Below are positions 1-11,099 of a stretch of DNA of 64,000 bases, one piece after another. The DNA is from Squalus acanthias (taxonomy: Eukaryota): NCBI GenBank assembly GCA_030390025.1, contig CM059432.1, positions 50,594,001 to 50,658,000 on the forward strand, read 5' to 3'. The first letter of the stretch is position 1. Every line of letters starts with the position of its first letter. The position numbers and the translations under genes are program-made. Below the pieces are notes generated by a model. It was not told the DNA's origin. It worked only from the letters and a program-made list of their open reading frames with translations, and made no database searches.

Positions 1-214
1 GTTGACAACAATTTAAAGACCCTTTTGTCAGCTTCTATTGAGAGTTTGAAGATTGCCATTACTTGTTGCACCACATTTCAAATCTGGGTTCATATTCTTG
101 TTTTTCTGCTTTTCTTGACACTAAGATTGTTATAGAGCTACAAAACGCAGTGTGAATATGTGCATGCAGTAAAGCTAGTAAGTTGTCTAATTTTTGTATT
201 CTTGACTCTTGTAG

Positions 215-331
215 GGAAATGTCCTCAGAACTGGAGAAAACACGCAGACCCTCTGGGCAGGAGAGTGAATGTAGTGGAGAAGTTGAGTCTTCCGCAGTAG
301 AGGCTGACCAAGCTGTAATGGAGGATAACAG
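215..331 (+). CDS. SNX16: Sorting nexin-16, penultimate coding exon (not in ORF track)
   Basis: Polypyrimidine tract plus ttgtag acceptor (AG 213-214) and GT donor at 332. 117 bp, phase 2/2. Reads EMSSELEKTRRPSGQESECSGEVESSAVEADQAVMEDN(S), resembling human SNX16 ...KVESSALEVDQDVLDEESR as I recall it. Phase matches the next exon. Confidence 0.8.
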
Positions 332-1291
332 GTAGATTTGAAGCCACATAGACTAATCACTGACTTACAGTAGTGGGAAAAAATGCCCAAATTCTGAAGA
401 TTATAATAAATGCATCTCCAATTTCTTTACCTATTTTGTCCAGCCTCATTTACTTAGTTTTATCCATTACAGTTTTTCTCTTTATACAAATGCCTGTAAG
501 TCTCTCTCCTTCACTAATTTTTAATTTTCTGTGCACTTCTTCTAGTGTCATATCTACCTTTTCCATTGTGAAGACTCGAGCAAATTATTAATTTAACAAT
601 GTTGTCATACCCCTTATCTTTTTATCAATTTTTAAGGGGTTCACTTTCTTTACCATCTCTGTTGATGTACTTTGCTATTACTATTACAGTAATACCATCT
701 GCAAGTTTTTTTTTCATATTCTCTATTTGTTGTCATCATTTTCTTGGTGCCTTTGTTCCTTTCTCGAATCCACCCAGTCCTCATTCATGCCTGCTTCCTT
801 CACTCTTCCCTTTATTTGCATTCTCCCGCTGTTTAATACTGGTCCCAGACATTCTTGTAATCCGTAGTTGCATCATGGTGGAAGTACCTCATTTGCCTTT
901 CAGGGGTATACGTCTTGTTTTGTAATCCATTTGAACAGATTGCGCTGTTGATCAACTAATAATTTCTCCCATGTTATTCTAGACAATCCCTTCCTCATTC
1001 TCTAAAAGTAGCTTTGTTTAAATCCAAAATCTTGGTTTGTGACATTCCTTTCACTCCTTCAAGCCCAAATGGAATTTACCATCATATTATGGTCACTATT
1101 GATGCTTTTCAATACCAGAGTGCCTAATTTTTTTTCTGGTTTCTTACTTTATTTAGTTATGGGTTTGATTTAATTATGGGTATCACCTGCTCCGTCTTTG
1201 GGTTAAAGCCATACTGCTTTAGGAAACTGTATTAAAGCATGCAATAAATCTTAACTTTTTCCCACCTATATGTAGATTTAAACCTCCCATT

Positions 1292-2121
1292 AAGGTGGCA
1301 GATGGATTATAATGTAGGGAAATGTGAGGTTATTCACTTTGGTAGGAAGAATAGAAAAACAGAATATTTTGTAAATGGTGAGCAACTTTCAAATGTTGGT
1401 ATTCAGAGAGATTTGGGTGTCCTCGTGCAAGAAACACAGAAAGCTAGCATGCAGGTACAGCAAGCAATAAGGAAGGCAAATGGCATGTTGGCCTTTATTG
1501 CAAGGGGGTTGGATTATAAGAGTAAGGAAGTCTTGCTACAATTGTACAGGGCCTTGGTGAGACCACACCTGGAGTACTGTGCACAGTTTTGGTCTCCTTA
1601 TCTAAGGAAGGATATACTTGCCTTGGAGGCGGTGCAACGAAGGTTCACTAAATTGATTCCTCAGATGAGAGGGCTGTCCTATGATGAGAGATTGAGTAGA
1701 CTGAGCCTATACTCTCTGGAGTTTAGAAGAATGAGAGGTGATCTCATTGAAACATACAAGATTCTGAAGGGGATTGACAGGGTAGATGCTGAGAGGTTGT
1801 TTCCCTGGCTGGAGAGTCTAGAACTAGGGGGCATAGTCTCAGGATAAGGCATAGGCCATTTAAGACTGAGATGAGGAGAAATTTCTTCACTCAGGTTGTG
1901 AATCTTTGGAATTCTCTGCCCCAGAGGGCTGTGAATGCTGAGTCTTTGAGTATATTCAAGGCTGAGATAGATAGATTTTTGGACTCTAGGGGAATCAAGG
2001 GATACGGAGATGGGGCGGGAAAGTGGGGTTGAGGTCGATGATCAGCCATGATCTTATTGAATGGCAGAGCAGGCTCGAGGGGCCGTATGGCCTACCCCTG
2101 CTCTTATTTCTTATGTTCTTA
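1292..2121 (+). mobile_element. CR1 LINE 3' fragment
   Basis: ORF 1302-1847 has CR1 ORF2 C-terminal motifs (KCEVIHFG, RDLGV, LYRALVRPHLEYCAQFWSP, RRMRGDLIETYKIL). Ends in a TTCTTATGTTCTTA tail. Confidence 0.95.
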
Positions 2122-2214
2122 TTAATTTAACATTAGCAATATTAATCAATAGACCATAAATATCGCTGGTAATGGAGGGAGGAAAAATCTCACTTGCATG
2201 GTGGGGGAGTTGCT

Positions 2215-2335
2215 GTTCTGCTGTATTTCCCTACATTACAACAGTGAGTACACTTCAAAAATATGTCATTAGCTGTAAAGCACTTTGGGATCTCCTGAAA
2301 TTATGAAGGCGCTATATCAATGCCAATTCCGTCGT
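2215..2335 (+). mobile_element. SINE/L2-type 3' tail fragment
   Basis: Block tacattacaacagtga.tacacttcaaaa...ggcgctata recurs at ~43340-43450 and ~60735-60885. Confidence 0.6.
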
Positions 2336-2656
2336 TCATTCTCAAGGGTGTTTTTCAGGAAATGTCTTTAGGGAATTCCACCCCGGAATTAAAAAAAGCA
2401 GTTCCTGATTTAAGACTAGGAATAGGCTTTTGAAGTGTGGCCTAAGGCAGGTAGTTGGAAAGATAGTGCTGGTGGCTATAAAAAGGCACATAGCCTGTAC
2501 AAATGGGGAACAGAGCAGTAGTGAACCTTACCGCTCCAACCCACACTCCTTTACCCGACCTTTCACTGCTCCAATCCACTTAGCCCATTTTAAAAATTCT
2601 CTTGCTTATTTATGTTGTTGTTGATCTCAATTTATTTTACTTTAATACTATTTCAG

Positions 2657-2762
2657 TTCTGGAGTGGAGTCTGATAAGGAACAATCTGGAGCCTGCTGGA
2701 ATAGCCCTATAACTGAAACATTTTCACCAGTGGAAGAAGCCCAAGCTGCAGAAGAAGACTAA
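2657..2762 (+). CDS. SNX16: Sorting nexin-16, last coding exon
   Basis: tttcag acceptor (AG 2655-2656); one base completes the split AG|T codon, then SGVESDKEQSGACWNSPITETFSPVEEAQAAEED-TAA. The terminal AEED* matches the SNX16 C-terminus. Convergent arrangement with CHMP4C matches known vertebrate synteny. Confidence 0.8.
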
Positions 2763-3304
2763 TAGAACACCCAACACTAGCATTTGTCAATGCTGATAGT
2801 TATTCTCGGTGGTAATATTATATTGCAGCAAAAGCTGTAGCTGGAATACAGCTAAAGGCTATGACTCTATGATTTCTAGAATTTTTGTTTTTGGGATTTA
2901 TCATTCCTGAAGTAGCCAAGGAAATTGCCCTTTCTATAAATATCTCAATATATTTTTGCTTGATGCAACAAAGTAGATTTTATTAGTAAATCGGCTTTAC
3001 TAGGCTATCTGAATTGTGCAGATTTGTGCATCTAACTATAGGTCCAAATGATTTCTTTGCAAATAAATTGGACTATTGATTCTATGCTGGAGCCATTCAA
3101 TGTTATTTGTACAATAATTTGGTTTTCTTTAAGCTGCATTCAATCTCCACCTAGAAGTATATACAGGAATAGTTTGACTAAAATGCATTACAGGTAGATG
3201 CAAACATGATATATTGCCATTTCAGAAATCCAAGCCATAGTTTAAACAAGACTGTCTAAATGTTCCACATGATGATGTTTGCTTTTGAATGCCATTGGAC
3301 CTTA

Positions 3305-3700
3305 GAGCCTGCTCCACCATTCAATAAGATCATGGTTGTTCTTCTACCTCAAATCCAACTTTCTGCACTATCCCTATATCTCTTGGTTCCCTTACTATCC
3401 AAAATCTATCGATCTCTTCTAGAATATACTCAATGACTGAGTATCCACAGCCTTCTGGGGTAGAGAATTCCAAAGATTCACAACCCTCTGAGTGAAGAAA
3501 TTCCTCCTCATCTCAGTCCTAAATGGCCAACCCCTTATTCTGAGACTGTGACCCCTAGTTCTAGACTCCCCAGCCAGGGGAAACATCCTCCCTGCACCTA
3601 CCCGGTCAAGCCCCTTAAGAATTTTATATGTTTCAATGAGGTCACCTCTCATTCTTCTAAACTCTAGGGAATATAGGCCTAGTCTACTTAATCTCTCTAA
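3305..3700 (-). mobile_element. CR1 LINE 3' fragment, antisense inside the putative SNX16 3' UTR
   Basis: ORF 3419-3652: RGDLIETYKILKGLDRV...RRNFFTQRVVNLWNSLP. Confidence 0.92.
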
Positions 3701-4689
3701 AACAAAACTACTGGGTTTGAATGGGCATCAATCGGGCTCAAGTTAAAGTGCTTGAACCTTGTTTAAGCAACATAAATTATGTTTTAGCTAATGGGCATAA
3801 GTGCAGCACTTGATCTTGTTTAGTTTTGTTCCCTAAATTTGTCTGTTAAACAGATTTTTGTTCAGATCAAAAGCAAATACATACCGACATTAATTGTCAG
3901 TTTTTCAAACTAGCTAAAGTCATAATCTCTCAAAGCAGTTTTTGTTGACTTTGATTGTCCTGTAGTGTAGGGCACAGTAGTTTACACTTTACTAAGTTGT
4001 GACTAGAAAATAACGCAAACTGTTCACTTTAAGTCGTGTGGTGCACTTTATGCGTTTGAATTTTTTGCCAAGTTTCATTGGCAAAAGATGTTTTAGTTTT
4101 TGATATTGCACGGTGCCTTTTTATCTGTTATTACAATCAAATTAACTGGTTTTGCTTCATTAATGTTGGTTCATCAAAGTTGCATGTCTTGATTGCTCTT
4201 AAGTGCCTTGTTTTTCTAGATTTGCGGAAGGTGTAACCACATTTGTGAATTGTTTTTGCTTCACCCAGATCTTTGTTACTGAGAGTCTGTGGCAAATTTT
4301 GGGCTATTAAGCCAAAATATAGGAATTTTTGAGTATTTATACCAGAACTGCCTGATTTCATATTAGAAATCTTTTAATTTATGCTAGTAATTTAGATTCT
4401 GTGTTCTATAGCCCCTAAAGACAATAAACTTAACAGGAGATAAGATGCTTCAAACTTCTGGTGGAAGTCTTGCATCAAACGTTTTGTCATGTGTTGATGT
4501 ACATTATTTGTGTGATGTGCCAAATTTATGGAAAGTTTGTGCATGACTTAAATTATAGCATATTACCATGGGGCTACCCCACCACATTAAGAACTTGTGT
4601 AGGAACAAATACAACTTTCTGAAAGGGGGAAATTTATTGGTTTTAATTTGCATGTTTGCATTGGTGGAAAAAGAATGCTGCTTTTTTTA

Positions 4690-4695
4690 AATAAA
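4690..4695 (+). promoter_or_regulatory. Candidate polyadenylation signal
   Basis: AATAAA followed by T/GT-rich downstream elements, shortly before dense repeats resume. Confidence 0.4.
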
Positions 4696-5231
4696 GTTTT
4701 TTTCCAGTTGACATTCAGTACTGGTTTTTTTTGACATTTCAAAATCCATATATTTGGACGCCCAAAGTAGCGACTGATTTGTTTATTTCTGCATTTTCTT
4801 CAAAAACTACTCCCCAACTTCCCTTTCTAGAAACCATTGTCAAATGACGGGGCTCAGACTAGTTGCCATTATAGATGATCATTTATCCATAGTCATAGAT
4901 TTATACAGCACAGAAAGAGGCCCATCGTGTCCGCGGCGGCCATCAAGCCCTGTCTATTCTAATCCCATTTTCCAGCACTTGGTCCGTAGCCTTGTATGCT
5001 ATGGCGTTTCAAGTGCTCATCTAAATGCTTCTTGAATGTTGAGGGTTCCGGCCTCTACCACCCTTTCAGGCAGTGAGTTCCAGATTCCAACCACCCTCTG
5101 GGTGAAAAAGTTTTCCCTCAAATCCTCTCTAAACCTCCTGCCCCTTACCTTGAAACTATGCCCCCTGGTTATTGACCCCTCTACAAAGGGGAAAAGTTCC
5201 TTTCTATCTACGCCCCTCATAATTTTGTACA

Positions 5232-5521
5232 ACACCAGGTTATAGTCCAACAGCTTTATTTGAAATCACAAGCTTTCAGAGCGCTGCTCCTTCGTCAGGT
5301 GAAGTGAAGAAATACAAATTGGCACAGCATATATAGACAGAACAATGCCTCTGTCTTTGTTCTCTGTCTATATATGCTGTGCCCATTTGTATTTCTTCAC
5401 TTCACCTGACAAAGGAGCAGCGCTCTGAAAGCTTGTGATTTCAGATAAAGCTGTTGGACTATAACCTGGTGTTGTGCGACTTCTCACTTTTGTCCACCCC
5501 AGTCCAACACCGGCATCTCCA
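5232..5521. mobile_element. Fold-back Penelope-like terminal-repeat insertion with hammerhead motifs
   Basis: Inverted arms of ~115 bp (5229-5345 and 5357-5475). Flanked by duplicated host sequence CATAATTTTGTACA (5218-5231 and 5522-5535). Each arm contains TCAC-CTGAC(G/A)A-stem-GAAAGCTT-GTGA. Confidence 0.7.
5266..5302 (-). ncRNA. Minimal type I hammerhead ribozyme motif (intact core)
   Basis: Minus strand reads UCAC CUGACGA AGGAGC AGC GCUCU GAAA GCUU GUGA: CUGANGA and GAAA core boxes, stem II GAGC/GCUC, stem I UCAC/GUGA, and a palindromic AGCU stem III. Confidence 0.6.
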
Positions 5522-7499
5522 CATAATTTTGTACACCTCAATCAGGTCCCCCCCTCAGCCTTCTCTGCTCTAAGGAAAACAACCCCAGCCTGTCCAGTCT
5601 CTCTTCATAGCTGAAGTGCTCCAGCCCAGGTAACATCCTGGTGAAACTCCTCTGCACCCTCTCCAATGCAATCACATCCTTCCTATAGTGTGGTGACCAG
5701 AACTGTACACAGTATTCCAGCTGTGGCCTAACTAGCGTTTTGTACAGCTCCATCATAACCTCCCTGCTCTTATATTCTATGCCTCGGCTAATGAAGGCAA
5801 GTATTCCATATGCCTTCTTAACCACCTTATCTGCCTGTCCTGCTGCCTTCAGGGATCTATGTACATGCACACCAAGGTTCCTCTGTCCTTCCTAGGATCC
5901 TACCATTCATTGTGTATTCCCTTGCCTTGTTAGTCCTCCCAAAATGCATCACCTCACACTTTTCAGGGTTAAATTCCATTTGCCACTGTTCTGCCCATCT
6001 GACCAACCCGTCTATATCGTCCTGTAGCCTGAGGCTTCCCTCCTCGCTATTTACCACTCCACCAATTTTCGTGTCATCTGCCAACTTACTGATCATACCT
6101 CCTACATTCATATCTAAATCATTAATGTACACTACAAACAGCAAAGGACCCAGCACCTATCCCTGCAGTACACCACTGGACACAGGCTTCCAGTCACAAA
6201 AACAACCTTCGACCATCACCCTCTGCCTCCTGCCACTAAGCTAATTTTGAATCCAATGTGCCAAATTGCCTTGGATCCCATGGCCTCTTACCTTCTTGAC
6301 CAGTCTCCCATGTGGGACTTTGTCAAAAGCCTTACTGAAGTCCATGTAGACTACATCAACTGCACTACCCTCATCCACACACCTAGTCACCCCCTCGCAA
6401 AATTCAATCAAATTGGTTAGACATGATCTCCCCCTGACCAAGCCATGCTGACTATCCTTGATTAATCCTTGCCTCTCCAAGTGGAGACTAATTCTGTCCC
6501 TCAGAATGTTTTCCAATAATTTCCCTACCACTGATGTTTGGCTCACTGGCCTGTAATTCCCTGGTTTATCCCTACTACCCTTCTTGAATAATGGTACTAC
6601 GTTAGCTGTCCTCCAGTCCTCTGGCACCTCCCCTGTGGCCAGAGGTTCTGAAAATTAGTGTCAGAGCCCCTACAATCTCCTCCCTTGCCTCACACAGCAG
6701 CCTGGGATACATCTCGTCTGGGCCTGGGGATCCACTCTTCTGCTATCATGAACTATTCTAGTAACTCAGCTGAAAATGTTTAAAACTTGGCTATACATCC
6801 TTTAGACAGAAATGTGAAGTATTTGTTGGCAGTCATCCTCTTAAATGCCAAATGTAGAGTTGTAAATTACTGATGGAAATGTGGTCTATAAATCTGCAGT
6901 TGCCTTAAGGCTGCCAATTCCTTTAAGGTAAACAAGGCGCTAGTTCCCCACATTTGCAGATGCTAGTAAATTAACTCTTAATATGAAAAAGCCTGACCTT
7001 CAATCTGACTTTCCACTGCAAAAATACATTTTGCACCACTTCATTTAGAGAGTGCTGCTGAAATCATCTAGTGTTCTTAAGTTACTGGGTTTGAAATTCA
7101 TAATGGCCCATTTTCGGACGCATAACTGATGGTGTGCTTCCAGCACGCACCAGAATCGGGAGGCCCGAGGCTTGTCCGAAATTGGGCTTTAAAGGAATTG
7201 GCAGTCTTAAATAAATGACAGATTTGTGGACTGCTTTTTCATCAGTAATTTACAGTTCTATAAATTTGTATGTGTTTTACCCATTTTACAGGTGTAAGAT
7301 GGACGGAAAGCGTACCAATTTTCTTTTCCATCATCTTCACACCTTCACTGTTCTTGTACTTTCTCCCTAGACTTTTCCCAAGACCACAGACCCAGTAATC
7401 AGATCTCATGTAATGCAGAGCTCAGAATAAATAGCATTCAATTGAAAGTAAAAGGGCATAGAGATCTCCGATGGGAACAACAGTTGGAAGTAATGCAAG

Positions 7500-8640
7500 T
7501 GGATTACCAAGCAACTGAAATTGGGGGGGGAAAAAAGGCATTTAAATCCATGAAGGAAAGTGGCACACAATTAAGATGGATTCAATACCAAAAGGCATGC
7601 CAGGTGTGTAAAACCGACATCAGAAAGCCAAAGAAATTTTGAAATTGAATATGGCAAGAGAAATGAAGGATAATTTTTTTTTAGTATTTAGAAAAATGAG
7701 GTGTGGAGTAGTGCCACTGAGTGCGATCAGGTATGGACATGACAACTGATGCTGCACAGGCTGGAAAAAGTGCTCAATAAGTGTTTTGCCACAGTCTTTA
7801 TCAAAGAGGAGATGGGTAACTTTTTTGATCTGGAAAGGGAACTAGAAGGCATCGCAGAGGTGAGTTGTGACCCTATTCACATTACTACCATCATGGTTGC
7901 CGAATAGCTATGCAAACTTAAGGTAAGTAAATCTTGGGCCGGATAAGATACATCCGCAGGGTCCTTGGAGAACTAAAGAAGGAAAATGCAGGAACTCTGG
8001 CACAAATCTTCCAGAAGTCACTGAGTACTGAAGAGGTGCATGGGGATTGGAGAAAAGCAAAAGCTGCTCCGTAGCAAAAGTGACCGAGGAAACTATAGAC
8101 TAGTGAGTTTGATGTCCATTGTGGGTAAAGTTATGGAAACCCTTATTAAAAAATAAGATCATGGAGCATCTCGATAGAAATAAAATCATAAAAGATAGCC
8201 GATATGGTTTTATGAAGAGCAAGTCTTGCCTATCTAATTTACTGGATTTCTTTAAGGGTATGATAAAGGAGCTCGATGGGGGTAAGACAGTGGATGTGGT
8301 GTACTTTGATTTCAGAAAGGCCTTTGATACAGTTCCTCTAGACGGGCTGGTACTGAAAACAAAGCCGGAATCGGTGGAAATAATTTGCAATGGATATGTA
8401 ATTGATTGCCGATTTAAAAACCCAGAGGGGGAGGTGGTACAGGGATTGTCATCAGCCTGGGAGAATATTATCAGTGGGGTCTCACACGGGTCTGTTTTGG
8501 GACCTTTTTTTAAAAAAAAAAATCATAAATGATTTGAAGCTAGGAGACACGAGCAGAGTGACTAACTTTGCAGATGATGCAAAGCTAATTAAGGTGCAGA
8601 CTGGAAAACTGAACAGGATAAACTGTAGGATGATTTGAAT
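7500..8640 (+). mobile_element. Old, diverged CR1 ORF2 fragment
   Basis: ORF 8119-8532: YGFMKSKSCLSNLLDFF...VDVVYFDFRKAFDTVP, GVSHGSVLGP; FADDAKL in a neighbouring frame. Many stops. Confidence 0.85.
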
Positions 8641-9589
8641 ATACTTGGGAATGTCCTGAGGTTGTGAAAGAGGCCATATAAATGCAATTCTTAATTTTGT
8701 TCAATCTCAGTAGTACATTTTTGGGTGCTAATATTGGTAAACATATGACCAGAACTCTGCACTCAAACTGCAAAAGAACAATGGAATGACAGCAGTTCAA
8801 CATTTTTGTTGTTCCCTCTACAATTATAATTGTTTTTGTTTAGTATGGCACGAGAATGTGTTCGCCAAGGGCAAATTTGCAGAACTTTTTTTTACCTCCC
8901 TTACTATACTTTGGAAATATGTGAAACCGCACACAGGACTTGTGAAATCATTGGCGCTTTACATTTGGCAAACTTCTAACAGTGAAAACACCTCACTCTC
9001 ACTTCCCTATTATTACTGTCCCTTTCTGTATTATAGTGGATATTTTGTTCACTTGACATGCAAAAGGTTCCTGGTTCTGTACTAGGAAGAAAGAGTTAAC
9101 CTCCTCCCTATTGATTCCCATTTCCTCAATCTATGCTATTAGAAGCTGAAAGTATAATTAACTGCCATAGTCACTTCATTATTCAAATGCATGCAACCGC
9201 CCAATGCTGCAGGGAAAAGTCCAGGTTGCCAGTGGGAAGCAGTCATATCAATGTTCTCTTTAATACATTCTTGATATATCTTCCCATGCAGATCTCAAGG
9301 ATGGAGGCAGATGAGAAACTCAGTAAATGATGCACTTCTTTACATTTATGTTATCGGAGAGAACATTTATGCAGAAAATACCCCAGTCTGGTATTTTTTT
9401 AAATCTATTTACTAGCCTATACCAGCCTACAGCAGCACCTGGATGACATCCAGGTTTGGACTGAGAAGTGGCAAGGCTGCATTGATTGTGCACCCCCAGT
9501 TGCCCTGAGAAAATGAACCACTGCAGTCCTTGATGGTTTTCGTAGAGAATTGCAGGAATTGACCCAGTAACAATAAAGGTAACAATCAA

Positions 9590-10070
9590 AGTCAGCATGG
9601 TGTGTGACTTAGAGAGGAACTGGGAGATGATGGTGTATCCATGATTTTGCTGCTCTTGTCACTAGTAGAGATTGCAGAGCTGGGAAGTGTTGTTGAAGTA
9701 AGCGTGGTGTGTTTCTACAGTACATCTTGTAAATAGTACATACTTCAGCCACGGTGTACCAATGGTAGATTGATGGATATTGGATGCTTTGTGAAGAGAC
9801 ATTGAGAGGTTGAGGTGAATCAGTCTTCCAGAGTACCTACCCTCTGCCCTACATTTGTAGCCACAGTGTTGAAATGGCTGGTCAATGGTAACCACCAAAA
9901 TGTTGCTGGTGGGGACTTGGTGATGTTGATGGGATTGGAAGGTCAAGGGGAGGTGGTTGGCTTTCTCTTGTTATAGATGGCCTTTATTTGGCGCAAATGT
10001 TACTTGCCACCTCTCGGCCTGCTGTAGGCTAACATAGGTTACTCCATTATATGGAGAGTTGTAAATCAAA
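9590..10070 (-). mobile_element. Degraded LINE RT-region fragment
   Basis: Minus-strand AERWQVTFAPNK resembles the post-YADD WQxxFxxxK motif; NILVVTIDQ follows. Confidence 0.5.
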
Positions 10071-10078
10071 CTTAACAC

Positions 10079-10234
10079 CAATGTTCCCTCTAATTTTTTT
10101 TTGGATGCCACTTTAACGGGCTGTGCGGTCCATTCAAATTTCCGCACGTGCAGTTTTTCCATTTAAATGCCGCTGAACGGCCTGCGCAGGACCACCAGAC
10201 CGCTGCGCGGCCACGCACCTTAACAGGAACATTG
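10079..10234. mobile_element. hAT-type MITE, 156 bp
   Basis: TIRs CAATGTTCC and GGAACATTG. Perfect 8-bp TSD CTTAACAC at 10071-10078 and 10235-10242. Confidence 0.85.
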
Positions 10235-11099
10235 CTTAACACTGTAGAATTATCAGTGAATAACTCCACTCCTGACCTTCTGAGCAGACAGGGTGACAAC
10301 AGCAACAAGGCCAGTGGGAGCAGTAGCACGGTGGGAGCATTTGGTGGCAAGAATCAGCGGCAAAGGTGAAAGTTTGGCAACAAGATCAATGGGAGCAGGC
10401 AAAAACCTGATAAGATTATAAAGGTAGAACTTACTTAGTAATGGGAGTGTGTGGCAGTAAGTCAGAATAATCAGGATTGAAGCCGGCATCTTTCTAATGT
10501 CATGAGATCCAAACCAATGAACAATGCAAACTTTTGAAATCTTAAGAGAAAATAAGAACTGATAGAGTAAGAATCAAATAAGAAATGGAACAGCATCCCC
10601 ATGGCCACTTTAATCCCGTGGGGAATTTTCAACAGGAACAGAAAAATTAAAAAGTAAAATGAATAGCAGGGTAGGGAAACACCAAAAATAAAGCAATTAA
10701 AGATCAAAAACGATTGAAATTAGAAGAAAAACAGAAGTAGGCAAAATTATTGGGGACAAAGTACATGAATGGATAAAAGAAAAAGACTTGAAATTGAAAA
10801 CTGAGCAACCATAATTGTTAAAACACTTTCAACAAAGACAGCTGGTACTGTCATAATTCATGGGAGCAGTTAAGAGTTTCACCAGCACTGACATCCGGAG
10901 CAAGTATAGCCATTTTTCTAATTTATAATATTATGCCCGCCCCCTGACATGGATCCTAAGAAACTTGAAATAATATCTGGTCTGTTTCCTGACTACTGTG
11001 CTAATTAAATATAATGCTATGAATTGTGGTCTGTTGAATTCTGTGATCCAGCTCAGCAGCTACTAAAACCCCTGTGGTTCTGCAACATATCTCAAGGCT

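Larger units (their letters stand above)
2763..4720 (+). other. SNX16: Probable SNX16 3' UTR
   Basis: AT-rich unique sequence after the stop codon. AATAAA at 3062, 4423 and 4690; the last is followed by T-rich tracts. The true end is not determinable. Confidence 0.45.
4890..6730 (-). mobile_element. CR1 LINE (RT domain to 3' end), degraded and interrupted at 5232-5521
   Basis: Consecutive minus-strand ORFs: PEDWRTANVVPLFKKG...NYRPVS, DFSKAFDKVPH, LGPLLFVVYINDL...KLADDTK, LYKTLVRPQLEYCVQFW. Confidence 0.95.

Noticed and set aside
59..349. 96-aa minus-strand ORF
   Set aside because: Antisense to the SNX16 exon at 215-331.
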